DNA from: Microbacterium phage Guetzie
Length of the DNA stretch: 32,000 nucleotides
Sequence record: OR253907.1
Strand: one strand, 5' to 3'
A model generated the notes under the pieces. That model was given only the letters and a program-made list of their open reading frames with translations. It ran no database searches and had not been told where the DNA came from. Positions 26,185 to 32,000 of the stretch are shown here, one piece after another. Numbering within the stretch: position 1 is the first letter of the stretch; the number at the start of each line of letters is the position of its first letter. The translations under genes were made by a program, and so were the position numbers.

Positions 26185-26987
26185 AGCTCTCCCTCCAGAC
26201 CGGGCAGCGTGGCCTCGCCGGTGCCAGCAGGCTCGTTCGCGTGGGGGTCCGTGGCTGCACGCTTGGCCCACACCTTGCGCATCTCGGCCTCCTGGGCGTC
26301 GTAGATGCGGTCGGCCCACTTGTCCAGCAGGTCGAAGTGACGGGGGTAGACGTGCAGGTTCGCCACCTGGAAGGTGATGTGGCCCCGCTTGACCTCGGGG
26401 TAGGCCAGGCTCAGCGCGCCGAGAAGCTGCTCCATCAGGTCGTCCCACATGGACCAGTCTGCCCGGTAGCCCCAGACCGCATCCATGGAACGCATCTGCG
26501 CGATGATGTGCAGCTTGTCCTCGTGGTCGATCATGAAGTTGAGCGCGTTCGTGCAGATGAAGTCCTTGCGACCGTTCTTGGTTGCCAGGTTGTGAATGTC
26601 GCGGTCCGTGATGATGGCGACCGCGTGGCGAGTGCCCTTGCCCTCCATCATGAACGTGTCCACGACACGGTTGAAGAGCGTCGGCTGCGGGGGCAGCTCC
26701 TCGCCCTGCCCGAACAGGATGTGGCCGTAGGCGCTGTTCACCTTGCCGTCCCAGCCAGCGCACGCCTGGAACGCCTGGGGCACGGGGTCCTCCATGTCGG
26801 CGAGGGAGTTGCTGCCAGTGTTGAACCAGGCCAGCTCACGCCGGACCCAGTCCTCGTTCCGCGTGCCGATCATGGAAGGCTTGTCTGCGATCCACGACAC
26901 GTTGAGCAGCACCTTGTTCCCGGTGCGGGGATCGATGGGCGCGTCCTTGAGTGCCAGCGCTACATCATCCGAATCGTACTGAATCAT
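26181..26987 (-). CDS. ThyA/dCMP hydroxymethylase-family enzyme
   Basis: FICTNALNFMIDHEDKLHIIAQMRSMDAVWGYRADWSMWDDLMEQLL...NLHVYPRHFDLL aligns with CHxxxQF...QRSxDxxLGxPxN...THLYxNH of thymidylate synthase; RBS AAGGAGAACACA-ATG. Confidence 0.88.
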   Translation of the reverse strand: MIQYDSDDVALALKDAPIDPRTGNKVLLNVSWIADKPSMIGTRNEDWVRRELAWFNTGSNSLADMEDPVPQAFQACAGWDGKVNSAYGHILFGQGEELPPQPTLFNRVVDTFMMEGKGTRHAVAIITDRDIHNLATKNGRKDFICTNALNFMIDHEDKLHIIAQMRSMDAVWGYRADWSMWDDLMEQLLGALSLAYPEVKRGHITFQVANLHVYPRHFDLLDKWADRIYDAQEAEMRKVWAKRAATDPHANEPAGTGEATLPGLEGEL

Positions 26988-27031
26988 TGTGTTCTCCTTG
27001 CTATGGGGCGCGGCTGCTGCCGCTTATGGTT

Positions 27032-27061
27032 AGCCTACAGGGTGATCACCCTGTGAGGCAA
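27032..27061 (-). promoter_or_regulatory. Promoter candidate with palindromic operator in spacer (TTGCCT-N18-TAGGCT)
   Basis: -35 27056-27061, -10 27032-27037, 18-bp perfect palindrome ACAGGGTGATCACCCTGT at 27037-27054. Confidence 0.6.
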
Positions 27062-27090
27062 GGGGCGGGCCACACCAGGCAGCCCGCCCC
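27062..27090 (-). terminator. GC-rich hairpin terminator downstream of 27095..27319
   Basis: GGGGCGGGC/GCCCGCCCC 9-bp stem, 11-nt loop, 4 nt past the stop codon. Confidence 0.65.
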
Positions 27091-27094
27091 AGGC

Positions 27095-27319
27095 TTAGGT
27101 GACAGGCTCCAGACGGTGCAGGCCCGTCCAGGTGGCCGAGATGCTGGGGTGCTGGCGGCTGCCCTCGTCCCAGATGACGCGGATGTCGTTGTACTCCACG
27201 CGCTTGACGGTGCCGGTGCGCTCGGTGCCAGTGAGCCGAACGCGGCCTCCCTGGACGATGCCCTTGGCCTCGGCGGCTGCGGTGATGGCTGCGATCTTGG
27301 CCTTCATGCTGCTGTTCAT
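27095..27319 (-). CDS. Hypothetical small protein
   Basis: MNSSMKAKIAAITAAAEAKGIVQGGRVRLTGTERTGTVKRVEYNDIRVIWDEG...; start preceded by GAAAGGTTCCACACC. Confidence 0.65.
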   Translation of the reverse strand: MNSSMKAKIAAITAAAEAKGIVQGGRVRLTGTERTGTVKRVEYNDIRVIWDEGSRQHPSISATWTGLHRLEPVT

Positions 27320-27338
27320 GGTGTGGAACCTTTCTGGA

Positions 27339-27542
27339 TTACTTGACGAGGGCGAGGGCGGAGGCCGCTGCTGCCTGGCGGACGGCGAAGGTGCCGGTGT
27401 ACATGACGTCGGCCAGGTGGCCGAGCTTGGTTGCCACCTGGGCGGTGACGGCCTTGAGCTCAACTGCGTCGTTGAGCAGGCGGTGGATGACCCGGCTGTC
27501 CTGGTCGGTGATTGCGCTGGTGAGAAGCTGCTTGATGTCCAT
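27339..27542 (-). CDS. Hypothetical 67-aa protein, predicted leaderless
   Basis: ATG lies exactly 6 nt after TAAGGT. Confidence 0.65.
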   Translation of the reverse strand: MDIKQLLTSAITDQDSRVIHRLLNDAVELKAVTAQVATKLGHLADVMYTGTFAVRQAAAASALALVK

Positions 27543-27548
27543 GTGAAT

Positions 27549-27578
27549 ACCTTAGCACGGAATTGATCAACTGTCCTA
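27549..27578 (-). promoter_or_regulatory. Promoter candidate (TAGGAC-N18-TAAGGT), leaderless output predicted
   Basis: -35 27573-27578, -10 27549-27554, ATG at 27542. Confidence 0.6.
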
Positions 27579-27592
27579 GACCGGGATCACCC

Positions 27593-27617
27593 GGCCTGGG
27601 GAACCTGCCCCCAGGCC
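27593..27617 (-). terminator. Hairpin terminator downstream of 27628..28047
   Basis: GGCCTGGGG/CCCCAGGCC 9-bp stem, 7-nt loop. Confidence 0.6.
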
Positions 27618-27627
27618 AGGCCGGGAC

Positions 27628-28047
27628 TCACTCGTCCCAGGTGCGGTCGCTGTTCTTGACGAGGCCTGCCTTGTGGCAGCAGGGGAGGAACTCCAGGGGC
27701 CATGCGTTGTCCGCCCCGCCCTCGTTGAGGAAGTCCTCGTTGAAGTCGATCCAGACGTCGCGCTCGTCGGTGCCAGCGGCGAAGGTGCTGGTGTGGATGC
27801 CGTTGTACGCCTCGCGCTTGGTGGCTGCCTTGGAGAGGTCGGCGCATCCGGCCGCGTGAACCTTGATCTCGTTGCCGTTGGCGAAGGCCAGCTTGATGGG
27901 GGCACCCTTGGGTTCCTGCACCTTGTCGGTGATGGTAACGACCCACTCGCCCCGAGCGACGTGCTCAACGTTGATGTCGATGGGGCCACCCTGCGACCGG
28001 ACGAAGGCGGCTGCGAGGCGACGGCGGGAGAAGGTGTGAGTGGACAT
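27628..28047 (-). CDS. Hypothetical protein
   Basis: 139 aa, RBS module GAAAGGTTCCACACC-ATG, preceded by promoter candidate. Confidence 0.65.
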   Translation of the reverse strand: MSTHTFSRRRLAAAFVRSQGGPIDINVEHVARGEWVVTITDKVQEPKGAPIKLAFANGNEIKVHAAGCADLSKAATKREAYNGIHTSTFAAGTDERDVWIDFNEDFLNEGGADNAWPLEFLPCCHKAGLVKNSDRTWDE

Positions 28048-28085
28048 GGTGTGGAACCTTTCGCTTGGGGCTTGCTGACATGATC

Positions 28086-28115
28086 AGCTTAGCACGCGAT
28101 TGAGATGTCCTCCAA
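28086..28115 (-). promoter_or_regulatory. Promoter candidate (TTGGAG-N18-TAAGCT)
   Basis: -35 28110-28115, -10 28086-28091. Confidence 0.55.
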
Positions 28116-28280
28116 GACCGTGATGGAAGGGATGCAGCCGTCGTCCCGCCTGGCGTCCACGAACCCTTCGCGGGGCTGGGGGTTGCTCCGGAATGTGTTG
28201 GGGACGGGCTCCGGCTGCTCGTGTGGCCAGGAGGAGGGCTGCCGGAGCAGCCACTCCACGAACCAGCGGTCGTCGTACAT
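28089..28280 (-). CDS. Hypothetical 63-aa protein
   Basis: MYDDRWFVEWLLRQPSSWPHEQ...; ATG overlaps the upstream stop (TGATG). It is the C-terminal part of the 174-aa track ORF. Confidence 0.6.
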   Translation of the reverse strand: MYDDRWFVEWLLRQPSSWPHEQPEPVPNTFRSNPQPREGFVDARRDDGCIPSITVLEDISIAC

Positions 28281-29008
28281 CAGGCGCTGATCCCGCGACC
28301 CTGGCTGACGGCCTGCCCGCCAGTGTTCGCCTGCTGGCCAGCCTGGAAGCCGTCGGCTGCTGCGAAGCTGCTGCCCTTCCGGCGGCTGGCCCGAGCCTTG
28401 CCCTTGGCCATGCCGTCGAAGAACTCCTGCACCTTGGCCTCGCGGCTGACGAGCACCAGCTCGGTTCCCTTGCTGGACTCCTGGACCACCTTGGCACGGC
28501 TGTCGGCGATGCGGCGACCTGCCCCGTTGCCGAAGCCCATCACGAAGCTCCGGCGCGCTGCCTTCTGGTCGTAGCTGCCCATGCCCCGGAACGTGCCAGC
28601 GTTCTCGTTCCACCAGGCACGGACGGCGACAGCCGACTGCACCTGGAGCGACAGGATGAGGGTCTCGGCCTGCTGCACGTCGCTCTCGTAGCCGATGATG
28701 TAGAGCGCCACGCTGCGGTCAGGGTTCCGGGCCTGCAGGACGCGGAGGTTGCCCAGACCACGGGCGACCGCTGCACCGAGGTTGATCATCTCCCGACGGT
28801 AAGTGCCGGTGAAGGTCATCCGGTGCTGGATGATCTGCTCGGTAGCCTGGCCAGCCTTGGCCCGCTTGGCATCGATCCGGGCCTGGTCGATGCCGTACTT
28901 GATCATCAGGCGCTCAGCGTGCTCCGTGAGGGCCTCGGCCTCGGCCGGAGTGGTGCTCTCGGCCTTGGCGAGGAGCTGGGCGATGAGTTCGAGCTTCTTG
29001 TCAGACAT
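28280..29008 (-). CDS. DUF2786-like protein
   Basis: KKLELIAQLLAKAESTTPAEAEALTEHAERLMIKYGID matches the DUF2786 N-terminal pattern. Confidence 0.75.
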   Translation of the reverse strand: MSDKKLELIAQLLAKAESTTPAEAEALTEHAERLMIKYGIDQARIDAKRAKAGQATEQIIQHRMTFTGTYRREMINLGAAVARGLGNLRVLQARNPDRSVALYIIGYESDVQQAETLILSLQVQSAVAVRAWWNENAGTFRGMGSYDQKAARRSFVMGFGNGAGRRIADSRAKVVQESSKGTELVLVSREAKVQEFFDGMAKGKARASRRKGSSFAAADGFQAGQQANTGGQAVSQGRGISA

Positions 29009-29032
29009 GGTGTGGAACCTTTCGGAAGGGGC

Positions 29033-29218
29033 TTACTTGGTGTACCCGAGGGTCTTAGCGCAGGACTCGCAGAACCAGCCGAATGTCTTCCAGCGCTTGG
29101 GGTTGGCCGTGGGGTACTGAACACGGACAGCCACGTCGTGGAAGAAGCTTCCGCAATTCTGGCAGTTGGCGATGGGCGCGAACTTGGACTTGCTGACGTG
29201 GGGCTGGCTGCTGTTCAT
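29033..29218 (-). CDS. Zinc-ribbon protein, predicted leaderless
   Basis: MNSSQPHVSKSKFAPIANCQNCGSFFHDVAVRVQYPTANPKRWKTFGWFCESCAKTLGYTK: two CxxC pairs; ATG 6 nt after TACAGT. Confidence 0.7.
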   Translation of the reverse strand: MNSSQPHVSKSKFAPIANCQNCGSFFHDVAVRVQYPTANPKRWKTFGWFCESCAKTLGYTK

Positions 29219-29224
29219 ATGACT

Positions 29225-29253
29225 ACTGTACCCCCGATGGATCAATCCTCCAA
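29225..29253 (-). promoter_or_regulatory. Promoter candidate (TTGGAG-N17-TACAGT), leaderless output predicted
   Basis: -35 29248-29253, -10 29225-29230, ATG at 29218. Confidence 0.6.
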
Positions 29254-30114
29254 GACGAACTGAGAAGGAATCTTGACCCGGTACTTGCCCTTCCGCTGGT
29301 ACGGCTGCTTCCCGACCCTGCCCTGGTTCTTGAACCTGGCGTACTTGCTGAACTCGCAGAACACGTTCTGGATGTCCATCCAGGAAGCGGGCCTGCCGTT
29401 GCTGCGGGGCAGCGGGGGCAGCTTGTCCACCGGGAAGGTGCTGATCACGCGCTGCGCTTCGGCGGGGCTGGCGCTGGTCTTGCCCAGCAGGAACCCGACC
29501 CCCTTGCGGCTGCCAGGGCCAGCCAGAACGAAGGTGTTCTCCTGGTCAGGCTCGCCCTCGCAGTAGCCCATGTCCGTCGCGATTTGCATCGCCAGGAAGG
29601 GTCCAAGTCCGGGCGTCTTCTGCAGCAGCGCGACTCGTGTGGCCAGCTTGCCTTCGTCGGCCACACGAGCAAGGTGGTCGGCTGCACCAGGGAACATCTC
29701 ACGCATCTTGGGCACGGTGCCCCGGCTGTCGCCAGGCTTGATGAGGATAATGTAAGCCCCATTCAGGAAGGCACCAGGGCGGGCCTCAACGACAGGCTGG
29801 ATGACGTCGTCGTACCAGGCCGGGTCGGTGATCTGCTCGAAGTCCGGCACGAAGCCCTCGTTCGCTGCGATGATGGCATCCATCGTGTCGGGGCGGTTCA
29901 CCTGTCGGTAGAAGTAGGACAAGGCCACACGATCACGCGGGTCCTCGTAGACGTTCATCAGGCGGAGAAGGTACTGGCTGCCCCGGTCAAGCACGCGGAA
30001 CACGTTCGTGAACTTCTGCGTCTGCACGATCGGGTCTGTAACCTCGCGCCCAAGGTAGGCCCGATGCCGCTGTCGGGCGAAGCGGATCACGTCGTTGATG
30101 GTGTAGTCAGGCAT
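29242..30114 (-). CDS. Alpha-glutamyl/putrescinyl thymine pyrophosphorylase / 5-hmdU DNA kinase helical-domain-like protein
   Basis: VTDPIVQTQKFTNVFRVLDRGSQYLLR...ALSYFYRQVNRPDT...LQKTPGLGPFLAMQIATDMGYC...SWMDIQNVFCEFSKYARFKNQG: characteristic N-terminal and C-terminal motifs as remembered for this family. Start ATG 30114. Confidence 0.75.
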   Translation of the reverse strand: MPDYTINDVIRFARQRHRAYLGREVTDPIVQTQKFTNVFRVLDRGSQYLLRLMNVYEDPRDRVALSYFYRQVNRPDTMDAIIAANEGFVPDFEQITDPAWYDDVIQPVVEARPGAFLNGAYIILIKPGDSRGTVPKMREMFPGAADHLARVADEGKLATRVALLQKTPGLGPFLAMQIATDMGYCEGEPDQENTFVLAGPGSRKGVGFLLGKTSASPAEAQRVISTFPVDKLPPLPRSNGRPASWMDIQNVFCEFSKYARFKNQGRVGKQPYQRKGKYRVKIPSQFVLED

Positions 30115-30712
30115 CGTACAGCAGTCCTTCCAGGATGTCGACCAGGTCGTCCGTCTGGCCGGGGATGTCGTTGTGCAGCTCCAGGGTCTCAATGCCCTGG
30201 TCGATGCTCCAGTTGACCAGGTTGTCCACCTGGGTGATCTTGCCCTTGCGCCAGTTCTCCTTCTGGTACTCGCTGCCGATCTCGTCGGCGCGTGCCCTTG
30301 CCCGTTCCTCGCTGTCGGCCGCTGAGACCACCAGCAGCGTCAGGCGAGTGTGCTCAGCAGCTACCGTCATGAACTTGGGGTGCGCCAGCAGCGCGCCCTC
30401 CAGCAGGATCCACCTGTTCTGGCGCTTGGTCGGCATCGGTGCTCCGTCCGCAAGCCAGTCGCGGGCCATCGCCTGAGTGTCTCGCTGCATCCCGTCTACG
30501 CCAGGGAATGCCGTTCCAACTCGGCCAAGGGTAACCCCGTCGTTCCCGAGCAGCACTCCGCGAAGGTGCCTTGTCCGCTCTACGCCACGAACCTGAGCCT
30601 GCTCGCTGCGCAAGACCGCCTCCTGGTGTGGCCCGTGCCTGTCCGTCACGCCTGAGAAGAGGGTGCTCTTCCCCGCTCCAGGGTAGCCGATCACATACAC
30701 CAGGCGCTTCAT
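30107..30712 (-). CDS. P-loop nucleotide/DNA-base kinase-like protein
   Basis: MKRLVYVIGYPGAGKSTLFSGV Walker A; overlaps the 3'-neighbouring helical-domain gene. Confidence 0.75.
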   Translation of the reverse strand: MKRLVYVIGYPGAGKSTLFSGVTDRHGPHQEAVLRSEQAQVRGVERTRHLRGVLLGNDGVTLGRVGTAFPGVDGMQRDTQAMARDWLADGAPMPTKRQNRWILLEGALLAHPKFMTVAAEHTRLTLLVVSAADSEERARARADEIGSEYQKENWRKGKITQVDNLVNWSIDQGIETLELHNDIPGQTDDLVDILEGLLYDA

Positions 30713-31047
30713 TTCCGCACCTTGCGCTTCGTCGGCTTGGCACCGTCAGCGTCGACGGCCTTCTGCAGCAGCGTGACCACCTTGTCGAAGTCGTCCTGCT
30801 CGAGCGCCTTCTGCGCCTTCTCCAGAGCGGGCAGCGCCACCTCGCATATCCGGATCTGTGTGTCCGTGCTCTCGTTCTTCCCAGCGTACTTCAACTGACG
30901 CTTGTGCTGGTAGTACTCCGTCACGCGCATGGACTCCAGCGCCTCGGTCAGCATGTCATAGCTCGCCTGCTGCATCTCACCGATCGCGCTGCACTCCTTC
31001 AGCAGCTCGATCATCAGCCGTGCGGTGATCCGCCTGTCGTTGTTCAT
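30709..31047 (-). CDS. Hypothetical helical protein
   Basis: 112 aa, RBS AAGGAGAACAC-ATG. Confidence 0.65.
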   Translation of the reverse strand: MNNDRRITARLMIELLKECSAIGEMQQASYDMLTEALESMRVTEYYQHKRQLKYAGKNESTDTQIRICEVALPALEKAQKALEQDDFDKVVTLLQKAVDADGAKPTKRKVRK

Positions 31048-31309
31048 GTGTTCTCCTTGTGGGGGCTTGCCTACCGGGCCAGCTTAGCACGGCACCCCTA
31101 ACTATATATAGCGCGCGCTATCTGTAAACTGGAAACACCCCATAACCCCCGTGCTCGTCAGAGCTGAGGGGGTGGTTTATACAGAGCCGAACGCTGCACG
31201 CAAGGACCCGATCCACCTTCGGTAGCTGCTCACAGCACTGGGCGCTCGGTTCGCGCCTGAGGCGCTCTCGCGCCCAGCGACGCAGTCTGTTACGGATCGC
31301 CCGTCGGTC

Positions 31310-31339
31310 TTGCGCTGGCGTCGGCGGAGGAGCTAAGGT
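31310..31339 (+). promoter_or_regulatory. Promoter candidate (TTGCGC-N18-TAAGGT), leaderless output predicted
   Basis: -35 31310-31315, -10 31334-31339, ATG at 31346. Confidence 0.55.
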
Positions 31340-31345
31340 TGGGGC

Positions 31346-31585
31346 ATGGAGAACACAAGGCTGAAGCTCGCAGGGACAACGTGGTCGGAACTGCTGGGCG
31401 CTGTCACTCCCACTGTCATCATCGTTCCAGGAGGCGAGCGCTTCCGCTGGGATGAGAGTGTGGGGTCGTACTGCTCGGAGTCGTCTGGCGCTGGGCTGTA
31501 CATCGAGCCGTCAGATGCCGACGGCACAATCACGCCGGACTCGTACTACGAGCTTCCGGTAATCGAGGAGGAGAACAATGGCTGA
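31346..31585 (+). CDS. Hypothetical 79-aa protein
   Basis: ATG 6 nt after TAAGGT; acidic; stop overlaps next ATG region. Confidence 0.6.
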   Translation: MENTRLKLAGTTWSELLGAVTPTVIIVPGGERFRWDESVGSYCSESSGAGLYIEPSDADGTITPDSYYELPVIEEENNG

Positions 31586-32000
31586 CAAGGCTCAAACGGA
31601 AGTGCTGCCCGTGGTGGACAGGGGCGATGGCGTGGTTCCGGTGCTGCATCTCAGGGTGTCGGCGTCGTGGCGCGTGGTCGACAAGGACTGGGCGGAACTG
31701 TCAATGCGGGCCAAGGTGCTCGGTCGGTGGATGCGGCTCACGCATGCGGACCATCCTCTTCTTGTGGCCAGGCGGTTCAGCGGGGAAGGCAAGCGGGAAG
31801 TTCCGGAGCTGTCGGCCATCGCTGGGCTGAAGGCTGTTCTCGGGGCTGGTGGCGCTCATGTGTTCCAGCTCACCGGGTCGGAGGCCCGCGTGGGGGACGG
31901 GGTCACGGAATGGCGCTACTGGGCTTGGCTCGGTGCTAAGATGACCGTCGCTGTACGGACCCAGGACGACGGCACCGTCAAGTTCGTCGGGCTGGCATAG
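31578..32000 (+). CDS. Hypothetical protein
   Basis: 140 aa, overlaps upstream gene, stop TAG at 31998-32000. Confidence 0.6.
   Translation: MADKAQTEVLPVVDRGDGVVPVLHLRVSASWRVVDKDWAELSMRAKVLGRWMRLTHADHPLLVARRFSGEGKREVPELSAIAGLKAVLGAGGAHVFQLTGSEARVGDGVTEWRYWAWLGAKMTVAVRTQDDGTVKFVGLA

Noticed and set aside
26079-27056. 325-aa plus-strand ORF
   Set aside because: Antisense to the ThyA-family gene and runs through its promoter and palindrome.
1-32000. CRISPR array, integrase, transposase or retron-like element
   Set aside because: No short regularly spaced repeats, no recombinase/transposase motifs and no reverse transcriptase motifs seen in the supplied frames.

Overview
The window looks like part of a tailed actinobacteriophage genome (siphovirus-like, GC-rich). 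The rightward arm (about 1-12.7 kb) holds tail genes (major tail protein candidate, tail assembly chaperone pair with a likely -1 frameshift, tape measure, minor tail/tip proteins, a large GH18-like tail protein) followed by an amidase/LysM/CW_7 endolysin and two membrane proteins of the lysis cassette. A perfect 12-bp stem terminator separates this from a leftward block (about 31.05 -> 12.77 kb). That block encodes a primase/helicase-like ATPase, VRR-NUC nuclease, RecA/Sak4-like ATPase, PD-(D/E)XK nuclease, family A DNA polymerase, SNF2-like helicase, MazG-fold protein, deoxynucleotide kinase, a ThyA/dCMP-hydroxymethylase-family enzyme, a DUF2786-like protein, an aG/PT-pyrophosphorylase/HMUDK-helical-like protein and a P-loop kinase. 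The most interesting signals are: (1) a candidate nucleobase hypermodification pathway in which the ThyA-family enzyme carries Asp where thymidylate synthases have Asn, suggesting dCMP rather than dUMP as substrate; (2) a family of at least nine similar promoter-like sites (TTG/TAG-N3, N17-18, TA-rich -10), five of which end exactly 6 nt before an ATG and so predict leaderless mRNAs, with one holding a perfect 18-bp palindrome across its spacer; (3) two tightly coupled 46-aa ORFs absent from the supplied ORF track; (4) a tRNA-like element with an oversized anticodon loop. All family names come from reading motifs by eye; no database search was run.
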